Positions 1 through 10,800 of a stretch of DNA of 64,000 nt are shown one piece after another. Source of the stretch: Escherichia coli (GTDB lineage Bacteria > Pseudomonadota > Gammaproteobacteria > Enterobacterales > Enterobacteriaceae). The notes under the pieces are model-generated. The model was not told the DNA's origin. It made no database searches and was given only the letters and a program-made list of their open reading frames with translations. The stretch lies in NCBI RefSeq assembly GCF_041886205.1, contig NZ_CP169029.1; one strand, written 5' to 3'. Made by a program: the position numbers and the translations under genes. Position 1 is the stretch's first letter. Each line of letters opens with the position of its first letter.

Positions 1-148
1 GATCGCGCCCATACAGCCACTCCAGCGCGTGGTCTATCTGCCGGGCGTTGTCATCCAGCCCACAAAGGGTCGTTTCTGCCGCTTCGCCAAGAATTAATCG
101 CCAGCGTTGTAGCTCACGGGTGGTCAGAAGATCGTTCAGTTCAGACAT
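1..148 (-). CDS. yehP: N-terminal fragment of YehP (vWA-domain partner of the MoxR ATPase); gene runs off the window edge
   Basis: Minus-strand ATG at 148..146 translates MSELNDLLTTRELQRWRLILGEAAETTLCGLDD.... It overlaps the yehM stop in an ATGTCTGA arrangement. Identity is from gene order and recollection; the vWA domain itself is outside the window. Confidence 0.5.
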   Translation of the reverse strand, partial: MSELNDLLTTRELQRWRLILGEAAETTLCGLDDNARQIDHALEWLYGRD

Positions 149-2420
149 GGAAAACTCCCCAGTGTTGCAGCGATGCCAGTGCCTGCTGTTCGAGTTGTTG
201 ATGATGTGCAATGGCTTGCGGTGGACAATGCAACGGTATTTGCAGCGCCGAAACGGGAAGTTGCGCCAGTTGATAATGCTCAAGCACCTGATGCGCCAGC
301 GTCCCGCGTTCTCGTGGTGGTAGCCAGGCCATCGCCGCGCGTAAATCGGGCAGGGCATTGATAAAATCGGCATCACTCAGTTGATTTAAATGACTGCTGA
401 AACCGGCGATAAATGCCGGCTGACAAGCCAGTTGATGACGGGCTAATGCCAGCAAACCGTGCAGCGCCTCGCCGGATTGGGCCGGGGATAACTGCGTCAG
501 CATTGTCAGCGCCGCTTCGGCACTAGCGTTGGGATGTTCCAGACGCATCAGTGCGCCAAGAGTCGCGCCGCGATCCAGCGCCGGGGCATGAATCGCCTGA
601 CTGCGGCGCTCCAGTAAGGCTACCGCCGCAGAAAGCGAAACGCCGGATAAGTTAACGCCGCTATGTAGATCGCGCAGGATATGGCAAAGCGCTTGCCAGC
701 TATGCAGGTGAGCGTGAAACTCCTTTTCATCCGGTCTGCCGTTGGATTCACACAGCCACAGCGTGCGATCGATAGCCGCGCATAACGTCGTTTGTAATAT
801 CTGCGCGCCTTGCATACCGCTAATTTCATCCAGCCGCCATAAGGCATATAGCACTTCCAGCGCCTGGCCCATTTCGGCAAATTGATTTTCCTGGGCGATT
901 AATAATGTGAGTTGTTCCAGTAATTGCTCACTAAAGCTCGCCAGGCCCGCTAACGCCGCCTGGCTAAGACATGCGGTAATGCTGCCGATTCCACCCGCGT
1001 CCAGCATATCGGCTTCTAATTTATTGCGTGCGGCTTCCTGGAGTGTTGCACCAAAGCAGGCGGCCTCAATCAATGCCGCATGCTGGCTAAGCGGGCGGGT
1101 TAATTTCCAGCGTTCTTCACCGTTGCCTGCAAGTGTCAGTGTACTTCCCTGCTGGCGTAAAATCCCTGGGATCTCCAGTATTGCCAGCCGATGTAACACC
1201 TGACTTTGCGCTAGTCCATTGGGGTTAAAGCGATTTAAGGTAAGCTGCGCCGGAAGAGAGATTCCGGTACGTTCCAGTTCGCAGGTGACATCTTTTGGCA
1301 GAGGCGGTTGTGGCGTGGAGGGGGCAAGTTTACCGAATCCGTCACCCGCTAATGTGTCTATCAACGTTAGCAGAATCGGATCGGTATCGGGATGAATAAC
1401 TCCGCGATAGCTCCACGGCAACGGCGCGTTCAAGGCTTCTTTAATCAGCGAGCCTGCTATGGCATCCAGCCAGTCAGTGCGTAACGGTAGTGTATGACCG
1501 CGCAACTGTGCCAGTGCCATTGCATGCAGATGTGCGGCAGCCATATCAGCGGTAGAAGCGGGCAATTTGTGCTGGCGCAAACGGGTGAGAACCGTTTTTA
1601 GCAGTTGTTCTCCCGCCTGCTGTAAGCCCCACTGCCAGCACCAGTTTTGCCAGACCGGAGCAGGCATTCCGGAAAGGTATCCTGCCAGCACATCAAGGCG
1701 CTTTTCGCTGTATGGCGTGAGATAACAACCTGTAACGGCATCATCCTGTGAGGGCAATTCTGGCTTGTTAATTTCCTGCGGGCATTCGCGCCACATTTTT
1801 GCCAGTGCCGGAGCGTGCCAGCCACCGCAGACGACTAACACGTCGCCATTGTTTTGCAGCATCGCCCATCCAATCCAGCGGGCCATAAAGGCTTCGCGCT
1901 GACGATTGAGAGCATCTCCGGGGGAATCGCCCCGCAGTTGGGCAAAATAGTGCGCCAGCGCAGAGGGTAATGCAGTTTGCTGGCTTTCATCTTCGAATAA
2001 GTGATCCCACAGGGTGTCGCTGTTATCCATGCGGGTGGCACGCAGCAGCAAGGCCTGGCTTTCCTCTTGCGTATCAGGCGAATCGTCCTCTTCTTCACTC
2101 TGCGCCCAGCAAGGCAAATCGATGAAGTAAGTTTGTGCCTGAATACGACGTGCGGCTTGTAGCGCCTGCCACTCCGGCGAAAATTCAGCAAATGGCGTCC
2201 AGGCACCGCGCCCGGGGGCCGTACCGTCCTGATACTGGCAATAACTGTAAATAGCTACCGGAAGCTGGTGGGCTAAAAACAGTTCGTCTACCCGGTCATT
2301 AAAATCAGCCGGGCCTTCAATCAACACGTATCGTGGCCGCTGGCTTTCGATTAACGATTTCACCAGCCGGGCGCTGGCCGGGCTATGATGCCGGATGCCG
2401 ACAATTAACGGCTCGCTCAT
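141..2420 (-). CDS. yehM: YehM, large uncharacterised protein (about 760 aa) encoded with the MoxR ATPase
   Basis: Long ORF in the track; start placed at internal ATG 2420 (MSEPLIVGIRHH) with an upstream aggaaag RBS, 10 nt after the yehL stop. The track's upstream extension would overlap yehL. Confidence 0.8.
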   Translation of the reverse strand: MSEPLIVGIRHHSPASARLVKSLIESQRPRYVLIEGPADFNDRVDELFLAHQLPVAIYSYCQYQDGTAPGRGAWTPFAEFSPEWQALQAARRIQAQTYFIDLPCWAQSEEEDDSPDTQEESQALLLRATRMDNSDTLWDHLFEDESQQTALPSALAHYFAQLRGDSPGDALNRQREAFMARWIGWAMLQNNGDVLVVCGGWHAPALAKMWRECPQEINKPELPSQDDAVTGCYLTPYSEKRLDVLAGYLSGMPAPVWQNWCWQWGLQQAGEQLLKTVLTRLRQHKLPASTADMAAAHLHAMALAQLRGHTLPLRTDWLDAIAGSLIKEALNAPLPWSYRGVIHPDTDPILLTLIDTLAGDGFGKLAPSTPQPPLPKDVTCELERTGISLPAQLTLNRFNPNGLAQSQVLHRLAILEIPGILRQQGSTLTLAGNGEERWKLTRPLSQHAALIEAACFGATLQEAARNKLEADMLDAGGIGSITACLSQAALAGLASFSEQLLEQLTLLIAQENQFAEMGQALEVLYALWRLDEISGMQGAQILQTTLCAAIDRTLWLCESNGRPDEKEFHAHLHSWQALCHILRDLHSGVNLSGVSLSAAVALLERRSQAIHAPALDRGATLGALMRLEHPNASAEAALTMLTQLSPAQSGEALHGLLALARHQLACQPAFIAGFSSHLNQLSDADFINALPDLRAAMAWLPPRERGTLAHQVLEHYQLAQLPVSALQIPLHCPPQAIAHHQQLEQQALASLQHWGVFHV

Positions 2421-2430
2421 GCATCTTTCC

Positions 2431-3519
2431 TCACGGCAGGCGGTGGCGGGCTTGATAATAAGCCTGCCAGTGAGCTTCTTTATGTGTGGCGACTCGCTGT
2501 TCGAAGTAACGGCGCAGACGAGCGCGATCTTCTTCGTTATCTTTGACGATGGTTCCGGCAATACAGTCCACCAGATCGGCTGGCTCACCTGCGCGATTCG
2601 CTAAAAACCAGGCGCGGACGCCCACAGCGTGGGCCACGTTCACGGCTTCAGCGGTGGACATAATCGCTGTTAGTGTATCCATTGACGTTTTCTTTTCGCC
2701 GTTGGCACGCAGATCGCGGAAGGTGCGGACCAGTAACTCCAGTACCGCGTCAGGCACTTTATGCGGAATACCGCTATGGGCCAGCAAACGCGCCGAAGCA
2801 CTGGCGACCAGTTCCAGCTCCTGAGCGAAATCCATAATCGGAAAGACAGTTTCAAAATCGAAGCGACGCTTTAGCGCAGCACTCATCTCATTGACGCCGC
2901 GATCGCGCGTATTGGCAGTGGCAATAATATTAAAGCCTTCCCGCGCATAGAGTTGACTGGCTTCACCAGTGAGTTCCGGCACCGTCATCACCCTGTCAGA
3001 AAGCATACCTAACAGACAGTCTTGCACTTCCAGCGGTGTACGCGTTATCTCTTCAAAACGGACGATTTTGCCGTCGCGCATTCCCTGGTAAAGCGGGGCA
3101 GGGACCAGCGCTTCCGTTGATGGACCATGATTGATAAGCAGAGCGTAGTTCCAGCCGTACTTGATTTGATCTTCAGTGGTAAATGCGCCGCCCTGGATGG
3201 TTAACCCGGCATCGCCGCTAATAGCGGTTGCCAGTAATTCAGACAGGAGAGATTTTGCGGTGCCCGGTTCCCCCACCAACATCAAACCGCGCCCGGTGGC
3301 AAGAGTGACTAACATACGTTCGACAGCAGAGGGACTAATCACGACTTTACGGCTAATATTTTGCGCGCTATCGCCAAGGATAAAAGCACGTGCCGCAGGC
3401 AAACTTAACTGCCAACCGGGCGGGCAAGGTGCGTTATCATTTTGTTTTAATTTTGCCAGTTCATCGGCGTATAACACAGCGGCAGGCGGACGCTGCAGAT
3501 GATTATTCTGCGGTGACAT
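2431..3519 (-). CDS. yehL: MoxR-family AAA+ ATPase
   Basis: Walker A motif LVGEPGTAKS and a Walker B-like FEEITRT segment are visible. Start taken at MSPQNNHLQRPP (ATG 3519), giving about 362 aa. Confidence 0.85.
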   Translation of the reverse strand: MSPQNNHLQRPPAAVLYADELAKLKQNDNAPCPPGWQLSLPAARAFILGDSAQNISRKVVISPSAVERMLVTLATGRGLMLVGEPGTAKSLLSELLATAISGDAGLTIQGGAFTTEDQIKYGWNYALLINHGPSTEALVPAPLYQGMRDGKIVRFEEITRTPLEVQDCLLGMLSDRVMTVPELTGEASQLYAREGFNIIATANTRDRGVNEMSAALKRRFDFETVFPIMDFAQELELVASASARLLAHSGIPHKVPDAVLELLVRTFRDLRANGEKKTSMDTLTAIMSTAEAVNVAHAVGVRAWFLANRAGEPADLVDCIAGTIVKDNEEDRARLRRYFEQRVATHKEAHWQAYYQARHRLP

Positions 3520-3629
3520 ATATTCATCCCTGAAATGTATTAATGAAATAAACGATATTTTACGCGCAATAAATGTTTGGCGCATTAGTTGTTTGAGCGA
3601 AAAATATCTGGAAAGCAGATCACAGTAAA

Positions 3630-3662
3630 TAAAAAAACCTGCTGGTGAGGCAGGTTCTTTTA
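3630..3662 (-). terminator. Rho-independent terminator downstream of yehK
   Basis: Minus-strand hairpin cctgcctcaccagcagg followed by a run of seven T. Confidence 0.6.
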
Positions 3663-3825
3663 TTTACTATTTTCAGGCCTAACACCACAGCCTGTGCAAC
3701 ATCGTGTTCCAACGAACGAATTATAACCACGGCTGGACCCCGTTGCAATTAAGATAATGAGATTTATAATCCAGACCGTTGGGACGTTGCGCCGGATCGG
3801 ACCAATTTGAATTATTTAGAGTATA

Positions 3826-4143
3826 TTATTCTATTTCTTGGTTGAATATATTCTGTAGTTCACGATTAAAAATTGCTATTACAGTTTCAGGTGATTCACC
3901 TCGTAATTTCCGCTCATCAATACACTCATCTCTTATATAAATCAACGCATCATTTATTAGCGGGTCAGCATCTTCTCGATCACGTTGATGAAATGTTGGA
4001 TGTAGCCGGAATCGCTCCAGTCGATAGACGGAACCTGTAAATAATTCAGAGCATTTATGGATCTCAAGTCTGAAGGAAAACGGATCTTCAGGTACAGGGA
4101 CCTCATAATCGTAAATAGCAACCAGCTCTTTTTGCACGATCAT
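3826..4143 (-). CDS. yehK: YehK, small uncharacterised protein (105 aa)
   Basis: ORF of the expected size and position, directly downstream of yehI. Confidence 0.8.
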   Translation of the reverse strand: MIVQKELVAIYDYEVPVPEDPFSFRLEIHKCSELFTGSVYRLERFRLHPTFHQRDREDADPLINDALIYIRDECIDERKLRGESPETVIAIFNRELQNIFNQEIE

Positions 4144-4202
4144 CGCTTTCCCGTTGGTAAGTCGTGTTGAAAACGGGCAGTCGCATCACTGCCCGTTGTG
4201 TT

Positions 4203-7200
4203 TTAATGGAAAATGACGTCGGGTGCGCTTAACGCCTCACTCAAATCAAACACATCAAGTGCGGCAAAAGTGACGGATTTATTGTCACGGTACACCCGAA
4301 GAGAACGGAAGCTCATCAGCGCTTTGCTATCAGCACTGTAGTAGTTAAAACCGGGTGAAAACTTAAGGACCAGCCGGTACTCACCTAAGTCATAGACAAA
4401 TGCGTCCTCATAGCCTGACTCCCAGCCTTTGTATCGCATTCCCATAAGCTGCCCAACGGTAGCGGATTTACCTTCCCAGCGAGTCAGGCTGTTACTGGTT
4501 GACTCGTCAGGTGTGAGCAGCACCGTGCGGCGCGACAACTGGCGAAAAGGCGGCATAATTTCGTAATCGGCAAAAAGCTGTGCAAATTCACTGCGCATTT
4601 CTGCTGTCATTTCTAACGGGTGGGCAATGCCAATCAGAGCGTCCGCAGGCAGGTCAATGGGCTCATCTTGTGCATTGCAGAATTCCCCCTCTGCGGCCAC
4701 ACGAAAGGTGTTGAGTAAACGACGTGGTTCATTTGCCGGATAAACCCCCCATATTAATCGCTGGGTAACCAGGCGGGTAAAGGGATGATTAACAAAAAGA
4801 GAATGAAAATCTGCCAGCGACCAGCGTCGGGTGGTGCGTAGGGCAGTTTCAAGACGCGGGAGCAGGTTTTTGCTCACCTGAGTGGCATCTTTTTTTAGCC
4901 CTTTTAGTCGGGCCAGTGCCTCGGGCGCTTTCAGTTGATCGTCATCGGCGCGCAACCGGGGAACACTTTTCTGGCGAACGTTTTGTTGATCGTAGATAAC
5001 CGGGTTGAGGTTTTCATCGAAGCGAACGGTAAACTGCCGGGGACCAAAATCAAAAATCAACGCCTGCGGATCATCAAGACCCAGTGTTGGGACTAATCTG
5101 TCCGCTAACTCTTCCTGGCTTAGCCCGCGATTTTCTGCGACCACCTGAAGAAATTCCGCTGCGTTTTCACGTAATGAAGAGGATTTCGCCCGTTGTGATA
5201 CATGATGCAGCTGTATCAGCGCCATATCATTATTCATCAGGGTGAGTATATTCAGACCACTGACAGCACGGGCAGATTTGCCTTCTTGTGGCCAAGCGAG
5301 GATCTGTGTTGTTAGATCCCGTGCCGTGCTTTCGTCACCAAAGAGACTTAACGCCAGAAATGCCCAGTTGTCTTTTGCGGGGGCACCAGCTTGTTGCCAT
5401 GCGGTGAAGAGATCCCAGGCAAAAGCTGCCAGCGTTTGCGGCTGGCAGAACGTTTTCAGTTGTTCCAGCCCGCTATAAAAACGTCCCCCTTGGGTAAAGC
5501 GCAGCATTTCGCCAATAATTTCCAGAGCGTCATCGGTAACAGGTTGATTATTAGTGATAAGGCGCGGCCTGGACCACATTTGCGGATGCCAGAAATCAGG
5601 GGCTTTTGGAATGCGTGCCGGGTAAATCTCTATTGGACTCTGTTTAAGTAATTGTTCCAGGGCAGGCCATACATCAGCGCGATCCCAGCGGTTTGCCACG
5701 GTTTGTAGTAATACGCCATGTCCCTGTTCGTAAAGTAAACGCAGGGCAAGTAATGCAGCTTCGCTATTATCGCTGGATTTAGTGAAGACAAGAGGGATAA
5801 GTGCAGTAGCCGTATGTTCCGGCCATTGTAAAATCCACTGGCGAGCCAGATCACGCTGCGCCGCGAAACGTCGCCAGACGCGGGCAACAGGCAGCGCCAG
5901 TTCTGTTGCGCCGAAATGAATCAGCAGCGGAAATATCTCTTGTGGATGTCGGGCAAAGGCGGTGTTTAATCCAGGCAAAGCATCGGTAGCCAGCACACTT
6001 AACAGATATTCCACCCCAGTGTAATGAAAATCAGCATCGACAATTTGTTGCCAGCACGATACCGCCATTTCGCGCGGCATCTGCGCGATAAGGTACAGAT
6101 TCCAAATCCCCCAACGCTTTTCATTACCATAGTAAAATTCGTGCTGAAAAGTTCGCCACCCTTCCATCAACGCAATGCAATCTTGTGCCAGTAATGCTTT
6201 GGTGGCTTCTTCACGATACTGTTTAGATTTGGCCTGATGCGCGTGATAAGTACGCAATAGTCCTATTGATGTGTATTCTTGCAGTTGCTGAGCATCAAAG
6301 GCATCCAACTGTCCATTAAGAAGATGCTTATTAAATTCCAGGCTATGAACGTCAAAACCTAATTCCCGCAAGAAGGTATCCGCCCCTCTCTTAGCAATAC
6401 GTTCGTCAAAAGACATGGCGCTAAAATGGTCAATTGCAGTTTGCTGTTCCGGCGTCCAGTGTTTATTCGGCGACCTGTACGTTTGCGGTGCAAGCGTAAG
6501 ATCAGGCAGCGAAAAGTGAGGTATGGAAGTCTTTTTCTTCCTCCCACGCCATGGTGGTGAAACGAGGATTTCAGGCATTTGGCTGTTATCGGTACTATCA
6601 ATAACCGGTTTGGGCGGTGCCAATAAATAACTATTCAGTACTGCCCGGGCTTGAGTACTTAACCACTGCATCACCTCTTCTGCCAGTTGTGGCTGCGATG
6701 CCATCAGCGTTTGTAACAGCGTACGCCAGTATTCATCTCGAGCTTTTTGCTGGGCAGGCAGCTTTTTGTCTTCGATGATTGGATAACCAGGGCGGGCTGG
6801 TGGTTCTTTTAACGCCAACAGTTCTGCCAGTGCCGCGAGCGTCGCGTGGGGGAAGTTTTTACTGTATTTAGCCACACGTTGCAGGCTGGGTTTGTTTTTA
6901 TCAGCCACCAGTAGCAAGGTGCGGATGACCTGCGGATGGTTAATTTGTACCAACAGACTGCCGCAATCTTCTTTATGGGCATACATCGCGAGGCGCGGAA
7001 TGGCTGCCAGTCCTTGTTCGCGCAAAAGGGCGGCGCAGGCCGCGTAGCCGAAGTGGTTTTCATGCGACATGTAGCTGGCTTCGCGATCGCTAAATATATC
7101 CTGACTCCAGTAGTGATCGAGTTTCCTCACCGCTGTGGGGTCATTAGCAACAACTTTTAGCCACTCCTTAGAATGATAATGAGTCCGTGGGCATTCAAGG

Positions 7201-7850
7201 CCTATCAACTCATTGGCGATTTCTGGTTTTTCCGGGAGGATCAGCGCAATAAAAGGGCGGCGAACTTTGGTTATTCCTGGCAGTGCGGCAATGAGTTTGT
7301 CGGCGCAACGCTGCCAGCAGCTTTCCTCTGCCAGAGAGAGATGCTTACGCAGTCGGAGATCGAATTCGTTATAGGTTTCTGATCGATAACCATAGCCATA
7401 GTCCTCGTTCTGATACTGCAATGTCACTACCAGAGGATCACTCTCATAACACCGCGCAATAAACTGGCGTGCAATCACCACCTCAGTCGCATATTCCAGT
7501 CCCTCTTGTTGGACGATTTCGTCGAGCAACTGTTGGCTGTCATTTTGCGCGATACAGGCTAGTGCCGCCATTGTGCGGGCCGGGACTGAGGGTTTGTGTT
7601 CGCCGATCAAGTTGATGGCCTGCGTAATGGCGGACTGCCACTCCAGTGAAAAATTTTCATAACGCCAGACAATGTTTTTTTTCTTCTCAGCTTTTTGTAG
7701 CAATTCATCACCCAGTGTCTGAATGATGCTTTCAGTGATAACAGGCACCGGTTCGCCCGGCCATTTGCGATGACTGAGTGGTGTTTTGCCTTTTTTATAT
7801 TTCAGTTCCAGTTGGGCGTTATCCGCCAGCCACGGTAATTCCTTGTCCAT
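4203..7850 (-). CDS. yehI: YehI, giant DUF4132-family protein (1215 aa), paralog of MolR without the N-terminal WGR region
   Basis: ORF starts MDKELPWLADNAQ, which aligns to MolR at about residue 100 (LLPWLADGAQ). The C-terminal two-thirds is colinear with both molR copies. Confidence 0.9.
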   Translation of the reverse strand: MDKELPWLADNAQLELKYKKGKTPLSHRKWPGEPVPVITESIIQTLGDELLQKAEKKKNIVWRYENFSLEWQSAITQAINLIGEHKPSVPARTMAALACIAQNDSQQLLDEIVQQEGLEYATEVVIARQFIARCYESDPLVVTLQYQNEDYGYGYRSETYNEFDLRLRKHLSLAEESCWQRCADKLIAALPGITKVRRPFIALILPEKPEIANELIGLECPRTHYHSKEWLKVVANDPTAVRKLDHYWSQDIFSDREASYMSHENHFGYAACAALLREQGLAAIPRLAMYAHKEDCGSLLVQINHPQVIRTLLLVADKNKPSLQRVAKYSKNFPHATLAALAELLALKEPPARPGYPIIEDKKLPAQQKARDEYWRTLLQTLMASQPQLAEEVMQWLSTQARAVLNSYLLAPPKPVIDSTDNSQMPEILVSPPWRGRKKKTSIPHFSLPDLTLAPQTYRSPNKHWTPEQQTAIDHFSAMSFDERIAKRGADTFLRELGFDVHSLEFNKHLLNGQLDAFDAQQLQEYTSIGLLRTYHAHQAKSKQYREEATKALLAQDCIALMEGWRTFQHEFYYGNEKRWGIWNLYLIAQMPREMAVSCWQQIVDADFHYTGVEYLLSVLATDALPGLNTAFARHPQEIFPLLIHFGATELALPVARVWRRFAAQRDLARQWILQWPEHTATALIPLVFTKSSDNSEAALLALRLLYEQGHGVLLQTVANRWDRADVWPALEQLLKQSPIEIYPARIPKAPDFWHPQMWSRPRLITNNQPVTDDALEIIGEMLRFTQGGRFYSGLEQLKTFCQPQTLAAFAWDLFTAWQQAGAPAKDNWAFLALSLFGDESTARDLTTQILAWPQEGKSARAVSGLNILTLMNNDMALIQLHHVSQRAKSSSLRENAAEFLQVVAENRGLSQEELADRLVPTLGLDDPQALIFDFGPRQFTVRFDENLNPVIYDQQNVRQKSVPRLRADDDQLKAPEALARLKGLKKDATQVSKNLLPRLETALRTTRRWSLADFHSLFVNHPFTRLVTQRLIWGVYPANEPRRLLNTFRVAAEGEFCNAQDEPIDLPADALIGIAHPLEMTAEMRSEFAQLFADYEIMPPFRQLSRRTVLLTPDESTSNSLTRWEGKSATVGQLMGMRYKGWESGYEDAFVYDLGEYRLVLKFSPGFNYYSADSKALMSFRSLRVYRDNKSVTFAALDVFDLSEALSAPDVIFH

Positions 7851-7859
7851 GCTCTTTCC

Positions 7860-10800
7860 TTATTCAAACAGGGCTTCAATATCGTTAATTAGCTCGCTGG
7901 CGGTGATGGCATCGAGTACGGAGAACTGCGCTTCCTGTGTTGAATTACTCCCCCAGCCATAGCTTTCCGCTTTGCCTTCCCATAACCACAGCTTGCTTAA
8001 GAGCTGCTCAGCGCTAAGTTCGGCTGGTGACATACCCACCGCAAAACCTTCGTCGATTTCCATGATTAACGACCAGCGACCCAAAGGTTTGATCATCCAT
8101 CCGATCCAGCCTCCATCCTGTGGTTCGCCCTTTATCCAGCCTTTATTCGCCAGCCCCATGACCCGACCACTCGGGCATTTTCTGCCTGCCCAGCGGGTCA
8201 GTTCACTGGCATTGCGCTCGGCTTCTGTCAGGGCGTAGCTGTTACGGTCGAGCTGGCGGAACGGTGGTAGCAGTTCGTAGTCGGCAAAAAGCTGACCAAA
8301 GGCGGCAGCATCCGTTGGTGATATTTCCAGAACGTGAGGAGTGCCGATAGAGATATCGCCTTCCGGCAGGGTGAAAAGATCATCGTCAGCGGTGCTGTAG
8401 CTGTTATCTTCTGCTACGCGAAAGCAAGCCAGTAGCTGGTTTTCGGCGCTATAAACGCCCCAAATCAGACGGCGGGTTAAGTGACGAACCAGCGGATGCT
8501 CAACCAGGAAGAGCTGGAAGTTTTCCAGCGACCAGCGGCGGCGCAGGCACATGGCGGATTCCAGCCTTGCTACCTGCTGGGCGGCGACGGTACGCGCATC
8601 TTTTTTCAGCAGTTTGTAGCGGTTAACAGCATCGTTCGCCTGTGATTCATCATCGCTTTTGTTTGGTTTGGGCAGGTCTTTCAGACGGCTGCCGGAAGCG
8701 TCACGCACAAACGGTTTTAAGGTTTCATCAAAGCTGACGGTGAACTGGCGTGGGCCGAAATCCAGCAGCAACGAACCGTTATCATCCAGACCGAGATCTG
8801 GTGCTAACCGATCTTCAAGCTCCGCCACCGTGAGTTCGCGGCTCTCGGCAATATCGGCAATTTTCTCTTTTGCCCGCTCCTGTAAAGCTTTGAATTTCAG
8901 TTTCTGAGCAATGCCGTTAAGCTGCATCAGAGCAATATCACTACCGATAGCGGCGAGGATATCAAGCCCGACGGTGGCGCGTTTATGCTGGGATTCGCCA
9001 GGCCAGGCGCGGATTAATGGCGTCAGTTTGCGGGCGGTGTCATCGTTACCGAGAACGCCTAACGCAGTGAACGCCCAACTCTCTTTCGACGGCGCGCCAG
9101 CGGTCTGCCAGGCGGTAAACAGATCCCAGGCAAATTCAGCCAGTGAGTCGGCGGTACAGGCGTCTTTCACCTGTAATATTCCCGGATACAGAACCTCTTC
9201 CTGAGGGAAGCGGAGCATTTCACCGAGGTGGAGGAGGGCTCTATCTGGCAGTGATTGGGCGTTTGCTTTTAATACCGGGCGCGTCCAGAGCGATGGTTGA
9301 TAAAAGGCCGGAAGAGTGGGGATTTTTGTCGGGTGATTATCTAAGGGATCGAGCGCAAGCAGAGCGTTCACCGCATCGGTTACTTCCGGCTGGTTATAAC
9401 GTCGGGCGATTTCTTGCAGTAATGGCTGATGACCGTTTTCGGTAAGCATACGCAAGGCAGCGCGGGCGTTATCCTGTGCTTCACCGGCTTTGCCGAGCGC
9501 CGCAGGCAGCAGGCCGGTAAGGGCATGTTCCGGGTATTTCAACAGCCAGCTACGGGCGTTTTCGCGTAGCGTTTTGAGTTTGTTGAAGGCACGGGCAATC
9601 AGTGGCGCTAATTCGATAGCCGCAAAATATTGTGCTACAGGCAGCGCTTCTTGCGGATAGCGAGATGCTGAGTGGATAAAACCTGTTAAACCAGCAAGTC
9701 GAAGATGCAACATTACTTGTGTTGCACCTGTATGTGGTTCTTTACTAAGGATGTTCCACATCTCGATAGCTTTATTAATGGGTAAAACATGGAGTGAAGA
9801 AAGATTCCATTCGCCCTGATAAGGGGAGTTATAGGACTTAAAAGCATCAATCAGCGCTGAATAATCTTCACGCTGCAAGGCATCCAGTGCTATTTCTGGA
9901 ACATCAATATAGCCTCTATGTTTGTTCCAATCCCAGCGGTTGAATCCCAGGGAGGTCAGAAAAGCTTTTTCTCCCTCAGCTTGCTGATGAGGTTGCCAGT
10001 TATGCTGCACTTGCAGTGTTTTGCTTTTTGTTTCATTTATTGTACAGAAGGATTCTAGGGATAATGGTGCTAAATCCAGCACCGAAATCGTCGATTTTTT
10101 CTTTTTAGCCAGCCAGGGCGGTGAGACTAATACGGCAGGCAGCATATCAGCGTTCGCATAAACTGAAGGTTGTGTCAGTTGTTGCTGGCATGACTTAAGA
10201 ACGGTAACTGCCGGGGCAGATAGCCAGGAGATTACCCGTTCTGCTAATGTTGGTTGTGAGATAAGCATTGTCATTAGCATCATGCGCCAGCGCTTTTCAT
10301 CTTTTTTTGCCAGAAGTTCTGCTAATGCCGCCAGCGCTGCATGTGGAAAGCGAACGAAAGCCTTTGTCATGCGATCGTGGCAACGCTTTCCCTGCTCGCT
10401 TGCATGGATAAGTAGTGTAAGTGCCTGCGGGTGGTTGATATGCATCAACACTTCACCACATGTGTCACCAGCAGCGTAAGGAGCAAAACGGGCCAGCGCA
10501 GCGACACCTTGCTCCTTGAGTATCGTTGCGCACCAGATTTTACCTCCGTAATAATCATCAAATACCTGCCCAGGCTGTCCTGGATAGTATTTTCCCAGTT
10601 CTGCCAATACCTGCTCGTCAGCGGCCGTCAGTTTTAGCCATTCCAGCGCATATAACCCTTTTTGTCCGCAAAGATGTCTGGCAATCTCATGAGCTATTTC
10701 TGGTTTTTCCGGCAACAATAGTGCAACCAGCGGCTGGTGCCAGGTGGGCATGTTTCCGAGAGCGGCAATCAGTTTGTCGGCGCAGCGCTGCCATACATCG

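Noticed and set aside
2421-2588. Upstream extension of the yehM ORF (815 aa in the track)
   Set aside because: It would overlap the 3' end of yehL by more than 150 nt. The internal ATG at 2420 has an RBS and sits 10 nt after the yehL stop.
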